The notes beneath the pieces were generated by a model, which was not told where the DNA came from, made no database searches, and was given only the letters and a program-made list of their open reading frames with translations. A DNA stretch of 64,000 nucleotides from NCBI GenBank assembly GCA_964654975.1, contig CAZZKW010000002.1, forward strand, positions 34,686 to 98,685, read 5' to 3'. The DNA comes from an uncultured Woeseiaceae bacterium. Its GTDB lineage: Bacteria; Pseudomonadota; Gammaproteobacteria; Steroidobacterales; Woeseiaceae. Numbering within the stretch: position 1 is the first letter of the stretch; each line of letters starts with the position of its first letter. The position numbers and the translations under genes were made by a program. Below are positions 46,458 through 57,056 of the stretch, in pieces.

Positions 46458-48224
46458 ATGTCTGAAAAGAAACCTCTGGGTATTACCGAGCTGGTGTTGC
46501 GCGACGCACATCAAAGCCTGCTCGCCACGCGCATGCGCATTGAAGACATGCTGCCCATCGCTGGCAAGCTGGACGCGGTGGGATTCTGGTCTATGGAATC
46601 CTGGGGCGGGGCGACCTTCGATTCCTGTATTCGATACCTTGGGGAAGATCCCTGGGAGCGCATCCGCTTGCTGAAAGCGGCAATGCCGAACACGCCGCAG
46701 CAAATGTTGTTTCGCGGGCAGAATATTCTTGGTTATCGTCACTACGCCGACGATCTGGTTGAAAAATTTGTTGAACGTTGCGCGGTCAACGGCGTGGACG
46801 TATTTCGAATCTTCGATGCGCTTAACGACCTGCGAAACCTGGAGACGGCGGTAAAGGCGACGCTCGCTGTCGACAAACATGCGCAGGGTACGATTTCCTA
46901 CACAGTGAGTCCGGCGCACACGCTCGATCTGTGGATCGATCTGGGCAAACGCATCGAAGACATGGGTGCGCACTCGATATGCATAAAAGACATGGCGGGC
47001 TTATTGCGTCCGTACGTCGCGTACGAACTGATCACCAGGCTGAAGGCTTCGGTCGACATTCCGATACACATGCAGTGTCACGCGACCACGGGTCTGTCAA
47101 CCGCGACCTATATCAAAGCCGTCGAAGCCGGTATCGACAACATCGATACGGCGGTATCGTCGATGAGCATGACTTACGGCCACTCACCGACAGAATCCGT
47201 CGTCGCGTTGCTCGAGGGCACCGAACGGGATACTGGCCTGGACATGATTTTGATCGAAGAAATCGCGGCCTATTTTCGAGAAGTTCGTAAGAAGTATGCG
47301 CAATTCGAGGGTTCGCTGCGCGGTGTTGATTCCCGGATTCTGGTCGTTCAGGTGCCGGGCGGCATGCTGACGAATCTCGAAAACCAGCTGCGCGAGCAAA
47401 ATGCCAGCGAAAAATTTGACGAAGTACTGAACGAAATCCCGCGTGTGCGTGAAGACCTCGGGATGTTGCCGCTGGTGACACCGACGTCACAAATTGTCGG
47501 AACTCAGGCGGTCATCAACGTGTTGTCGGGATCGAGATATACCACGATCACCAAAGAAACCGCCGGTATCCTCAAGGGTGAGTACGGTGCAACACCGCTG
47601 CCGGTTGATGCGAAGTTGCAAGCGCAGGTTCTGGACGGTGACGAGCCGGTGACTTGTCGTCCGGCAGACCTTATCGAACCGGAACTCGTGCAGCAGACAG
47701 CCGAACTGCGGAGGATTGCCAAAGAAAAAAATATTCGGCTGGCCGACGAGGTGGTCGACGACGTGCTGACCTACGCACTGTTTCCGCAGATCGGTATCAA
47801 GTTCCTGCAGAATCGCGACAATCCAGACGCGTTCGAGCCGGCACCGACCGGCAAGCCTGCGGCAAGCGTGACCTGCGCAGCGCCAGCGAGCGAGTCCGGC
47901 GTGTATTCGGTACGCATCAACGGCAAGACCTACACCGTAGAAGTCGCGGCAAGCGGCCAACTCGGGGCAGTTACCGCGGCATCTGCAGCAGCGCCGGCGT
48001 CTTCGGCAGGCGGCGAGGCAGTAAACGCCGTGCTAGCCGGAAATATTTTCAAGGTTCATGTAGCGCCGGGGGATGCGGTCGAAAAGAACGACGCCTTGCT
48101 GGTCGTCGAAGCGATGAAAATGGAAACTGTGATCAGCGCGCCGAAATCCGGCACGGTGACCGAGGTGTTCGTCAACGAAGGCGATGCGGTCGCCGTTGGC
48201 GATGCGATGGTCGCGATCAGCTAG
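46458..48224 (+). CDS. oadA: Oxaloacetate decarboxylase alpha subunit (carboxyltransferase + biotinyl domain)
   Basis: ORF 46443..48224. I prefer the ATG at 46458. Contains [23 protein letters not shown] and the C-terminal biotinylation motif EAMKME. Confidence 0.9.
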   Translation: MSEKKPLGITELVLRDAHQSLLATRMRIEDMLPIAGKLDAVGFWSMESWGGATFDSCIRYLGEDPWERIRLLKAAMPNTPQQMLFRGQNILGYRHYADDLVEKFVERCAVNGVDVFRIFDALNDLRNLETAVKATLAVDKHAQGTISYTVSPAHTLDLWIDLGKRIEDMGAHSICIKDMAGLLRPYVAYELITRLKASVDIPIHMQCHATTGLSTATYIKAVEAGIDNIDTAVSSMSMTYGHSPTESVVALLEGTERDTGLDMILIEEIAAYFREVRKKYAQFEGSLRGVDSRILVVQVPGGMLTNLENQLREQNASEKFDEVLNEIPRVREDLGMLPLVTPTSQIVGTQAVINVLSGSRYTTITKETAGILKGEYGATPLPVDAKLQAQVLDGDEPVTCRPADLIEPELVQQTAELRRIAKEKNIRLADEVVDDVLTYALFPQIGIKFLQNRDNPDAFEPAPTGKPAASVTCAAPASESGVYSVRINGKTYTVEVAASGQLGAVTAASAAAPASSAGGEAVNAVLAGNIFKVHVAPGDAVEKNDALLVVEAMKMETVISAPKSGTVTEVFVNEGDAVAVGDAMVAIS

Positions 48225-48239
48225 TGCTGCATCCGTAAT

Positions 48240-49370
48240 ATGGACCTCATAAGGCAAATTTGGGTCGAGTCCGGCATTTATCAGATCAGCGTTGGTCAGA
48301 TTGTGATGATCGGCGTTTGTCTGCTGCTGCTTTATCTGGGCATTGTTCGCAAGTTCGAACCGTTGTTGCTGGTAACGATCGGATTTGGCGGTTTGCTCAG
48401 TAATATTCCGGGTGTTGAAATCGCGACCGGCTCCGGCCTGTTGCATCTGGCGTACACAACCGGAATTGAAACCGGTGTGTTCCCGCTGATTATTTTCATG
48501 GGCGTCGGCGCGTTGACGGACTTCGGACCACTTCTGGCGAATCCGAAAACCCTGTTCCTGGGGGCTGCAGCGCAATTCGGTATTTTCGCCACGCTGCTGG
48601 GAGCGCTGGGTTTGACGGAACTGGGCGTGATGGATTTCTCGCTTCGCGAGGCGGCGGCGATAGGCATCATCGGCGGTGCTGATGGACCCACGGCGATTTA
48701 CGTCGCCGGCAAACTTGCGCCCGACTTGTTGGGTGCGATCGCAGTAGCGGCCTATTCGTACATGGCGCTGGTACCGCTGATCCAGCCGCCGATCATGCGG
48801 CTTCTGACAACCGAGTCGGAACGCAAGATCGAAATGGTGCAGTTACGCGAGGTGTCGAGGACGGAACGAATCGTTTTCCCGTTGCTGCTGCTGCTGTTGG
48901 TCGCGTTATTACTGCCATCAGCGGCGCCGCTGCTGGGCATGCTGTGTTTCGGCAATCTGATGCGTGAGTGCGGTGTGGTTGATCGCCTGTCCGACACGAC
49001 GCAAAACTCTTTGATCAATATCGTGACGATCTTCCTGGGCTTGGCGGTGGGTTCAAAACTTGGCGCCGAGCAATTTCTCGACTGGAGCACGCTGAGCATC
49101 CTGATACTCGGCATGGTTGCATTCTCAATAGGCACGGCCAGCGGATTGCTGATGGGGAAATTGCTTAACAAGATTTCCAGCACGCCTATCAATCCCCTGA
49201 TCGGGGCGGCGGGCGTTTCGGCGGTGCCGATGGCGGCGCGAGTCGCCAACAAGGTCGGACTTGAGGCGAATCCGCAGAATATCTTGCTAATGCACGCGAT
49301 GGGACCTAATGTCGCAGGTGTCATCGGTTCTGCGGTGGCGGCCGGTATAATGATCATGTTCGCGTCGTAA
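48240..49370 (+). CDS. oadB: Oxaloacetate decarboxylase beta subunit (Na+-translocating)
   Basis: 376 aa, polytopic. The N-terminus and GADGPTAIY are typical of OadB/GcdB/MmdB. Confidence 0.9.
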   Translation: MDLIRQIWVESGIYQISVGQIVMIGVCLLLLYLGIVRKFEPLLLVTIGFGGLLSNIPGVEIATGSGLLHLAYTTGIETGVFPLIIFMGVGALTDFGPLLANPKTLFLGAAAQFGIFATLLGALGLTELGVMDFSLREAAAIGIIGGADGPTAIYVAGKLAPDLLGAIAVAAYSYMALVPLIQPPIMRLLTTESERKIEMVQLREVSRTERIVFPLLLLLLVALLLPSAAPLLGMLCFGNLMRECGVVDRLSDTTQNSLINIVTIFLGLAVGSKLGAEQFLDWSTLSILILGMVAFSIGTASGLLMGKLLNKISSTPINPLIGAAGVSAVPMAARVANKVGLEANPQNILLMHAMGPNVAGVIGSAVAAGIMIMFAS

Positions 49371-49384
49371 ACGAAGACCCCGCT

Positions 49385-50233
49385 ATGTCCTTGTCCATCA
49401 TAATTCCAGCGAAGAACGAGAGCGGCGCAATCGCGTCGGTTGTCGCGACCGCGCGCGAACATTACCCGGACGCCGAGATCATTGTCGTCGATGATGGCTC
49501 GAGCGACGAAACCGCAAGCATTGCAGCTGCGGCCGGCGCGACGGTCGTGAGTCATATGGAGAGTCTTGGCAACGGTGCGGCGGTCAAATCGGGCGCACGA
49601 GCGGCGTCGGGCGAAATTCTCGCGTTTATGGACGGTGACGGCCAGCACACTGCCGCCGAATTAGCACCCCTTCTGCAGCGTGTCGAGGATGGCTATGAAA
49701 TGGCGATTGGCGCGCGAGACACCGGCTCGCATGCGAGTGTCGGCAGGTTGTTTGCGAACGGTCTGTATAACGGTATTGCGTCAATGATGAGTGGCCGCAG
49801 GATTCTGGACCTGACGTCCGGTTTTCGAGTTGCCAGAGCGAGCAAATTCAAGCAGTTCCTGTACTTGCTGCCCAACGGTTTTTCCTACCCGACAACCATT
49901 ACCATGGCGTTTCTGCGCAGCGGTTACGCGATTGCGTTCGAACCGATCTCAGCGGCGAAACGCGTGGGCAAGAGCCACATCCGCCCGATACGCGACGGCC
50001 TTCGTTTTCTCGTTATTATTTTCAAAATCGCGACACTGTATTCGCCGCTGAAGATTTTTCTACCGGCAAGCGGCTTGTTTTTCATGACCGGCCTCGGCTA
50101 CTACGCCTACACGTATATAAGCTCAGGCCGTTTCACCAATATGAGCATGCTGCTATTCAGCGCAGCCGTAATCGTTTTCCTGATCGGACTCATCTCCGAG
50201 CAGATAACGTCTCTAACTTACAGCCGATCTTAA
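49385..50233 (+). CDS. Family 2 glycosyltransferase with C-terminal TM helices (polyprenyl-phosphate sugar transferase-like)
   Basis: 282 aa. Contains IIIPAKNES, VVDDGSSDET and MDGDGQH (DxD region). Two C-terminal hydrophobic helices. Confidence 0.8.
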   Translation: MSLSIIIPAKNESGAIASVVATAREHYPDAEIIVVDDGSSDETASIAAAAGATVVSHMESLGNGAAVKSGARAASGEILAFMDGDGQHTAAELAPLLQRVEDGYEMAIGARDTGSHASVGRLFANGLYNGIASMMSGRRILDLTSGFRVARASKFKQFLYLLPNGFSYPTTITMAFLRSGYAIAFEPISAAKRVGKSHIRPIRDGLRFLVIIFKIATLYSPLKIFLPASGLFFMTGLGYYAYTYISSGRFTNMSMLLFSAAVIVFLIGLISEQITSLTYSRS

Positions 50234-51631
50234 AAAGTGGTCCTCCAGGACCTGGGCGACACAACTGGTTAGTCGTTTGCCGGTTTCGATGTGTAGGAAT
50301 TCGTTCGGTCCGTGAGCGTTCGACTTCGGTCCCAGTAATCCGGTGATCAGGAACTGTGCCTCGGGGAATCGCTCACCGAGCATTCCCATGAAGGGGATCG
50401 TGCCGCCCGTGCCCATATACATGGAGGGTTTTCCGAAGAACGCGGTTGATGCTTTTTGCATCGACGCTTCCAGCCAATCTGCGACTTCAGGTGCGTTCCA
50501 GCCCGCCATTGTCGATTCGAGTTCGAAGGCTACTTTCGCAAGCGGTGGCTTGTCAGCTTCCAGCGCGGACTCGACGGCCTCCGCCGCATCGTCTGCGTCG
50601 CAGGTCGGGGGCAAGCGGAAGGATAACTTGAGTTTGGTGTAGGGCAACAACACATTGCCGGCGTCCACCATCGCCGGCATGCCTTCCGCGCCGGTCACCG
50701 CGAGCATCGGTCGCCAGGTATTGTTCAGCAATAATTCGGCATGCGATTCCTGCGGTAAGGGATTCTCAACTGCCCACGGAAACTTTTCGTAAGCCAGTTC
50801 CTGCAGCGTCTCTGCTGCAAGCGCCGCTTGCTGCATTCGTTGCTGCGGGATTTCGACGTGTAAATCGTCGATGAGTATCCGTCCGGTCGCTTCGTCTTCG
50901 ATGCGACTGATGAGTTGGCGAGCGGTACGAAAACTGGATGGCACGATGCCGCTGGCCGTTCCGGAATGCACCCCTTCGGTCAGTACATCAACGCGCAGCG
51001 TGCCGGTGAGATTGCCGCGCAATGACGTCGTGCACCAAAGCTGGTCGTAGTTACCGCACTCGGCATCGAGGCACACGACCAGATCCGGCGCGCCGATGCG
51101 ATCTTCCAGCAGGTCAATGTAGTGCGGCAAATCGAAGCTGCCGCTTTCTTCGCAGCCTTCAATGAGGACGATGCAATGCGCGTGAGAAATGCCTTGCTCC
51201 TGCAGTGCGCGGATCGCGGTTAACGATCCAAATGCGGAATAGCCGTCGTCGGCGCCGCCGCGACCGTAGAGCTTTCCGTCCCGTATTGTGGGCGTCCAGG
51301 GATCGAGGTCGTCGTCCCAGCCGCTAAATTCCGGTTGTTTGTCGTAGTGGCCGTAGAGCAATACGATCTCGTCGGAAGCGCCGGGAATGTCGATAAACAG
51401 CACCGGTGTGCGGCCTTCTATTCTGACAACCTCAACCGTCATGTCCCGCAACGGTTGCGTCTTGCACCAGGCCTCCAGCATTTCAACGGCGCGCTCCATA
51501 TGGCCGTGCTCGGCCCAGTCGGGATCGAAGTGCGGCGACTTGTTGGGTATTTTTATGTACTCGGAGATTTGCGGGATAATCTCGTCGTCCCACATAGCAT
51601 CCACGAAGTCTGCGGTCTTTTTATGGTCCAT
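50213..51631 (-). CDS. M20 family dipeptidase (CNDP/carnosinase-like architecture)
   Basis: ORF 50213..51796. I prefer Met at 51631 (MDHKKTADFV, 472 aa). Contains YGHYDKQP, GRGGADDGYS and EGCEESGS. No signal peptide. Confidence 0.75.
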   Translation of the reverse strand: MDHKKTADFVDAMWDDEIIPQISEYIKIPNKSPHFDPDWAEHGHMERAVEMLEAWCKTQPLRDMTVEVVRIEGRTPVLFIDIPGASDEIVLLYGHYDKQPEFSGWDDDLDPWTPTIRDGKLYGRGGADDGYSAFGSLTAIRALQEQGISHAHCIVLIEGCEESGSFDLPHYIDLLEDRIGAPDLVVCLDAECGNYDQLWCTTSLRGNLTGTLRVDVLTEGVHSGTASGIVPSSFRTARQLISRIEDEATGRILIDDLHVEIPQQRMQQAALAAETLQELAYEKFPWAVENPLPQESHAELLLNNTWRPMLAVTGAEGMPAMVDAGNVLLPYTKLKLSFRLPPTCDADDAAEAVESALEADKPPLAKVAFELESTMAGWNAPEVADWLEASMQKASTAFFGKPSMYMGTGGTIPFMGMLGERFPEAQFLITGLLGPKSNAHGPNEFLHIETGKRLTSCVAQVLEDHFLRSAVS

Positions 51632-51651
51632 TATTTTTAGTCCGTTGTTGT

Positions 51652-53181
51652 TTATTGGCGGCCTGGAAACGAGAATTGTGCCTTCTCGCGAACGCCACCG
51701 GAAGGCCAGCGCTGAGTGATTGTCTTGCGTCGTGTGTAAAAGCGGACGCTGTCCGGTCCGTAGGCGAACAGGTCGCCGAACAGTGAGCGTTTCCAACCGC
51801 CGAAGCTGTGGTAGGACACGGGTACCGGCAGTGGTACGTTAATGCCGACCATGCCGGCCTGGATATTGTCCGCAAAATATCGTGCTGCCTCGCCGTCGCG
51901 AGTGAAGATGCAGGCGCCGTTACCGTACTCGTGGTCGTTAATGAGCTGCATCGCCTGTTCCTCAGACGCGGCGCGTACGACGCACAGCACCGGGCCGAAA
52001 ATTTCTTCCTGGTATATCCGCATGTTCGACGTGACGTTGTCGAACAGGCACGGCCCGAGGAAAAAACCGTCCTCGTAGCCTTCGACCGACAAATCGCGAC
52101 CGTCCACCACCAGCGTCGCGCCTTCTTCTACGCCGAGATCGACGTAGCCCTGTACTTTGTCGCGGTGAATCTTGCTCACCAGCGGCCCCATCTGATTGGA
52201 CATGTCGGTGCCGGTTCCGACCTTGAGTTCCGCGATTTGCTCTTGCAACTTGCCGACCACCGCATCGGCAACGTCGCCGCCAATACAAACGGCGACCGAG
52301 ATTGCCATGCAGCGCTCGCCACAAGACCCAAACGCCGCTCCCATCAGTGCGCTCACCGCGTTGTCGATATCCGCATCCGGCATCACGATGGCGTGGTTCT
52401 TGGCACCGCCAAGCGCCTGCACGCGCTTGCCGTTCTTGCTGCCCGTGTTGTAGATGTACTCGGCGATCGGTGTCGAACCGACGAAACTGATCGCCTGCAC
52501 GCGCTTGTCATTGAGCAGTGTGTCGACCGCTTCCTTGTCACCGTTAACAAGATTGAAGACGCCGTCTGGAAGGCCGGCTTCCTGCAGCAAGCGCGCGGCG
52601 ATCATCGGCGCCGTCGGATCTTTCTCAGACGGCTTCAACACAAACGTATTGCCGCAGGCTATTGCCATCGGATACATCCACATCGGTACCATCGCCGGGA
52701 AGTTGAACGGCGTAACACCGGCGACGACGCCCAGCGGCTGAAACTCGGACCAACTGTCGATACCCGGTCCAACGTTGCGCGAGTACTCGCCCTTTAGCAT
52801 TTCCGGAATGCCGCAGGCGTAGTCCACAACTTCGACACCGCGACCAAACTCGCCCATGGCGTCATCGAGTACCTTGCCGTGTTCGTCGGTAATCGCCGCT
52901 GCTATTTCGCCGGCGTGTTCTTCGAGCAATTGCTTGAACTTGAACATGATGCGAGCACGTTTTGCCGGTGGCGTGTTTCGCCAGGCCGGAAAAGCCGCCT
53001 GAGCGGCCGCAATTGCGCTTTCGACGGTTGCCTTCGACGCCATCGCAACGTGCCTTGTCACCGCGCCGGTCGCCGGGTTGGTTATCGGCTGTGGACGATT
53101 ATCATCGGCAACATCGGCATTGTCGATCAGGTGACCGACGACTTCGCCTGTGTCGGGATTGTCTGCAGGTGTGGCGTTCAT
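51652..53181 (-). CDS. mmsA: CoA-acylating methylmalonate/malonate-semialdehyde dehydrogenase
   Basis: 509 aa. Contains FNFPAMVPMWMYPMAIACGNTFVLKPSEKDP and GERCMA (catalytic Cys), characteristic of MmsA/BauC. Confidence 0.9.
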   Translation of the reverse strand: MNATPADNPDTGEVVGHLIDNADVADDNRPQPITNPATGAVTRHVAMASKATVESAIAAAQAAFPAWRNTPPAKRARIMFKFKQLLEEHAGEIAAAITDEHGKVLDDAMGEFGRGVEVVDYACGIPEMLKGEYSRNVGPGIDSWSEFQPLGVVAGVTPFNFPAMVPMWMYPMAIACGNTFVLKPSEKDPTAPMIAARLLQEAGLPDGVFNLVNGDKEAVDTLLNDKRVQAISFVGSTPIAEYIYNTGSKNGKRVQALGGAKNHAIVMPDADIDNAVSALMGAAFGSCGERCMAISVAVCIGGDVADAVVGKLQEQIAELKVGTGTDMSNQMGPLVSKIHRDKVQGYVDLGVEEGATLVVDGRDLSVEGYEDGFFLGPCLFDNVTSNMRIYQEEIFGPVLCVVRAASEEQAMQLINDHEYGNGACIFTRDGEAARYFADNIQAGMVGINVPLPVPVSYHSFGGWKRSLFGDLFAYGPDSVRFYTRRKTITQRWPSGGVREKAQFSFPGRQ

Positions 53182-53208
53182 GCGTATATCTCCGAAAACG
53201 GTTATTGC

Positions 53209-54531
53209 TTATTCGATCGTATCGATGACGCGGCGAATGGTCGCGAAAGACTGTTCCATTTCATCCGGGTTCGAGTTCAGGAAAGGCGAGAATTGCAAGG
53301 TATCCATACCGTTGCGAATCACCAGATTTTCCTCCCAAAAACATTTCTTGTGCGCCTCGCCGCCGCGAGCGCCGGGTGCATTGTCGCGTGGTGCCATTTC
53401 AATAGCGCCCATCAAGCCAAAGTTGCGCACATCAATGACGTGTTTGTGGTCCGCGAACGAGTGCAGCAAGTCTTCGAACTGCTGTTCCAGCTTCAACGCC
53501 TGTTCGAATGTCCCTTCCTCCTCATAGACGTCCATTGTCGCTAGTCCGGCGGCGGCGGCGACCGGGTGACCGGAATACGTGTAGCCGTGGAACAATTCGA
53601 TCATATTCTCCGGCCCGTGCATGAACGCGTCGTAGACTGAGTCACGGACCAGCACCGCGCCCATGGGGATAACGCCGTTGGTCAGTCCCTTGGCGACTGT
53701 GATGATGTCGGGGATGACGCCCAATCGGTCCGCGCCAAACGCAGCGCCGAGGCGGCCGAACGCAGCGATCACCTCATCGAAAATAAGCAGGATGCCGTGT
53801 TGGTCGCAGATCTCCCGCAAGCGCTCGAGGTAGCCAATCGGTGGCGGTATGACTCCTGTTGACCCGGCGACCGGTTCGACGATCACCGCGGCGATATTGC
53901 TGCCGTCGTGCAGGGCGCACAAGCCCAGCAAGTCGTCGGCCAGTTCTGCGCCGTGCGCGGGAAGGCCGCGCGAAAACGCGTTGCGTTCGATATCCAGCGT
54001 ATGGCGAATATGGTCGACTCCCGGAATCAGGTTGGCACTGAATGCTTTGCGGTTTGGCACTATTCCGCCGACCGACATGCCACCGAAATTGACGCCGTGA
54101 TAACCGCGCTCCCGACCGATCAGACGTGTACGACTGCCCTCACCGCGCGCGCGATGATAGCCGAGTGCGATCTTGAGGGCCGTGTCGACGGACTCCGATC
54201 CGGAATTGGTGAAGAAGCAGTGGTCGATGCCCTCAGGGGCCATCGCGGTAACGCGACCGGCGAGTTCGATGGCCTTGTTGTTCGCGACCTGAAAGGCCAT
54301 GCAGTAATCGAGTTTCGCGACCTGCTCTTGTACAGCCTGCACGATCCTGGGGTGGCAGTGGCCCAGACCTGAGGTCCAAAGCCCGGAAAACGTGTCGTAC
54401 AGCCGCGTGCCCTGCTCGGTGGTGTAGTAGTGACCGGCGGCGCCACTGATTACCCGCGGTTTCGACTTGAAATCGCGATTTGCCGTAAACGGCATCCAGT
54501 AGGCGTCAATGTTGCTGGTGGCTGAACTCAT
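53209..54531 (-). CDS. Omega-amino acid (beta-alanine)--pyruvate aminotransferase
   Basis: 440 aa, colinear with P. aeruginosa BauA as I remember it (WMPFxANRxF, GLWTxGxGH, LIGRxRGYHGVN, NIAAVIVEP, LLIFDEVIxAFGRLG, HGYTYSxHPVA). Confidence 0.85.
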   Translation of the reverse strand: MSSATSNIDAYWMPFTANRDFKSKPRVISGAAGHYYTTEQGTRLYDTFSGLWTSGLGHCHPRIVQAVQEQVAKLDYCMAFQVANNKAIELAGRVTAMAPEGIDHCFFTNSGSESVDTALKIALGYHRARGEGSRTRLIGRERGYHGVNFGGMSVGGIVPNRKAFSANLIPGVDHIRHTLDIERNAFSRGLPAHGAELADDLLGLCALHDGSNIAAVIVEPVAGSTGVIPPPIGYLERLREICDQHGILLIFDEVIAAFGRLGAAFGADRLGVIPDIITVAKGLTNGVIPMGAVLVRDSVYDAFMHGPENMIELFHGYTYSGHPVAAAAGLATMDVYEEEGTFEQALKLEQQFEDLLHSFADHKHVIDVRNFGLMGAIEMAPRDNAPGARGGEAHKKCFWEENLVIRNGMDTLQFSPFLNSNPDEMEQSFATIRRVIDTIE

Positions 54532-54687
54532 GCGGCATGCTCCGAGTGAGGAGGGCGAATCTTACGCCGGTACGGCGATCTTAAGCCAATAGTTATCTGC
54601 AAATAAATCCCGATGTCCCCTAGTCATCCGGCATCTATTAGTGGCAAAGTTACGTCCCTTCGGATTTGACAGCAGAGTTACAAGCCC

Positions 54688-55680
54688 ATGGGCCAGTTTG
54701 GTACAGAGTTTTGCGATCAGTTTTCGGTCGCGCGTTTCGAAAATGATACCTGGTCAGCCGCCGCGCTGCAGCCGCTGAAACCCTTGCAAATACACCCGGC
54801 GGCGCACGTTTTTCATTACGCGAGCAGCTGTTTCGAGGGTTTCAAGGCTTACCGCTGGGAGGATGGCGGGGCGCGAATCTACCGTCTGTCGGATCACGTC
54901 GCTCGTATGCAAAAGAGTGCAGCATCGCTGCGACTTCCGATTCCCGATGCCAAAATGCTGGCGGCGATGGTGGTGGAGCTAGTCGCCGCGCACGTTGACG
55001 ATATCCCGGAGCCGCCGGGTTCACTGTATTTGCGACCGACCCTGATTGGTACGCTGGAGAACATCGGAGCCGCGGCGGCGCCGTCGTCGGAGGCGACCTT
55101 GTTCGTCCTGGCATCGCCTGTTGGCGATTATTTCGCCAGCGGCGCGCCAACGCTGAAGCTACTGGTAGAAGACCAGCGCGCACGCTCTACCGAGCAACTC
55201 GGCAGTACCAAAACCGGCGGCAACTATGCGGCGGCGCTGGGTCCGACGCTGCAGGCAAAAGAGCAATACGGCGTTGATCAGGTCTTGTTCTGTCCCAACG
55301 GCGATGTGCAGGAGACCGGTGCAGCAAATTTCCTTCTGATTAGTGACAACGAGGTCATCACAAAGCCGCTGGATTCGACCTTTCTGCACGGTATGACGCG
55401 CGATTCCATTTTAAAGTTGGCCGGTGATCTCGGCTACGAAGTCACGGAAAGAAACTTCACCGTCACCGAGTTATTGGAACTGGTCAAGACTTACGAGGCA
55501 GCTTTGTCGGGAACAGCAGCGTGTTTGTCCTCGGTCGGGACGCTGGTCTACCGCGGTGAGGAAATCAAGGTAGGAGACGGCGGTGCGGGACCAAACGTCG
55601 AGAAGTTGCGCAAGGCGTTGCAGGACGTTCAGTACGGACTGGCCCCGGATACTTACGGCTGGCTGACCGAGATCGCCTAA
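54688..55680 (+). CDS. ilvE: Branched-chain amino acid aminotransferase (class IV)
   Basis: 330 aa. Contains HYASSCFEGFKAYR, LYLRP, TKTGGNYAA and GTAA. Confidence 0.85.
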   Translation: MGQFGTEFCDQFSVARFENDTWSAAALQPLKPLQIHPAAHVFHYASSCFEGFKAYRWEDGGARIYRLSDHVARMQKSAASLRLPIPDAKMLAAMVVELVAAHVDDIPEPPGSLYLRPTLIGTLENIGAAAAPSSEATLFVLASPVGDYFASGAPTLKLLVEDQRARSTEQLGSTKTGGNYAAALGPTLQAKEQYGVDQVLFCPNGDVQETGAANFLLISDNEVITKPLDSTFLHGMTRDSILKLAGDLGYEVTERNFTVTELLELVKTYEAALSGTAACLSSVGTLVYRGEEIKVGDGGAGPNVEKLRKALQDVQYGLAPDTYGWLTEIA

Positions 55681-57056
55681 ATCGCCTGCGAAAAGCGATT
55701 GTCGTTCTGCGTGTGGTCGACATAGCGATCGAAGATCATAGCAATGCTTCTGAGCAACAGGCGGCCTTTTTCGGTAATTTCGATGGCCGACGAGTCCAGT
55801 CGAATCAGGCCGTCGGCGGCCAGCGCCGGCAGGCGCTCCAGTTCAGCCGCGAAATAACTGACAAAATCGATATCGTGCGCGGCGTTGAAGTCGGCGAACT
55901 TAAGACTGTCGTAACACATCAACGCCTGAATGGCCGCGGCGCGAATGCGGTCGTCTTGGTCAACGACGATACCCCTTCTTATTGCGAGTTGACCGCTTTC
56001 TATTGATGCCTGGTATTTCTCCGTTGTTGCAGCATTTTGTGCGAAAACATTGCCAATGTTGCCGATTGCGCTGACGCCGAGTGCGACGAGGTCACAGTCC
56101 CGGTGTGTTGAATAGCCCTGGAAATTTCTCTGCAGGCTGCCGTTCGCGCGCGCGAGTACGAGTTCGTCCTCGGGCAGCGCAAAGTGGTCCATGCCGATGT
56201 ACTCGTAGCCGGAGCCGCAGAGCCTGTCGATGGTTCTGTGCAGAATGTCGAGCTTGACCTTCGGCGCCGGAATTGCAGCATCGTCAATCATTCGCTGGCC
56301 CTTAAAGCGATGTGGCAAGTGTGCGTAGTTGTAGATCGCCAGGCGGTCCGGACGCATGCCGATCACCAGATCCAGCGTGGTGTCAAAACTTGCTACCGTC
56401 TGATGCGGCAAGCCGTAGATGAGATCGAAGGAGATCGACTCAAACCCGACATCGCGGGCGGCCAGAACAAGATCGACAACGCTGTCGGGTGATTGCCTGC
56501 GGTTGACCGCATCCTGCACAATCGAGTCAAAGTCCTGAATACCAAGACTCAGGCGATTAAAGCCGAGTTGCGACAGTTGTCGAATGTCCTCTTCGTCAAC
56601 CGTTCGAGGGTCTACTTCGATCGAGAATTCGCGGCTTTCGCTTTCGTCCAGCGAGAACGCTTCACGTAGCTTGCTCATCAATTCGGTGAGTTGCTTACCG
56701 CTCAGGTAAGTCGGTGTCCCGCCGCCGAAATGCAGTTGCTCGACCCTGCGGTCTTTGTCAAACAGTTCTGACTGCATATCGATTTCGCAATGCAGCGTGT
56801 CCAGGTAGCGTTCGACGCGGCTCCGGTTGCGCGTGACGACTTTATTACAGCCGCAGTAAAAGCACAGCGAATGGCAAAACGGAATATGCACATACAGCGA
56901 CAGCGGGGCGCTACCGGCGTTACTGTCCAGCGCGTTCTGACAGTAATCGTCGAGCTTTAAGCTCTCGTCGAACTGCAGCGCGGTCGGGTATGACGTGTAG
57001 CGAGGACCCCGGCCGCCATACCGAACGACAAGGTCGGAATCAAAACAGACGCTCAT
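55677..57056 (-). CDS. hemN: Oxygen-independent coproporphyrinogen III oxidase (radical SAM)
   Basis: 459 aa, colinear with E. coli HemN: GPRYTSYPTA, LYVHIPFCHSLCFYCGCN, HFGGGTPTYL, NFQGYS. Confidence 0.9.
   Translation of the reverse strand: MSVCFDSDLVVRYGGRGPRYTSYPTALQFDESLKLDDYCQNALDSNAGSAPLSLYVHIPFCHSLCFYCGCNKVVTRNRSRVERYLDTLHCEIDMQSELFDKDRRVEQLHFGGGTPTYLSGKQLTELMSKLREAFSLDESESREFSIEVDPRTVDEEDIRQLSQLGFNRLSLGIQDFDSIVQDAVNRRQSPDSVVDLVLAARDVGFESISFDLIYGLPHQTVASFDTTLDLVIGMRPDRLAIYNYAHLPHRFKGQRMIDDAAIPAPKVKLDILHRTIDRLCGSGYEYIGMDHFALPEDELVLARANGSLQRNFQGYSTHRDCDLVALGVSAIGNIGNVFAQNAATTEKYQASIESGQLAIRRGIVVDQDDRIRAAAIQALMCYDSLKFADFNAAHDIDFVSYFAAELERLPALAADGLIRLDSSAIEITEKGRLLLRSIAMIFDRYVDHTQNDNRFSQAI

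Noticed and set aside
50213-51796. N-terminally extended versions of track ORFs (for example 50213..51796, 60916..61605, 32405..34297, 20253..21188, 22186..22806, 28878..30560, 59369..59686)
   Set aside because: The extensions overlap upstream genes or are Arg/Ser-rich with no motif. Internal starts coincide with the family N-termini and with RBS-like purine tracts, so I used the shorter coordinates.
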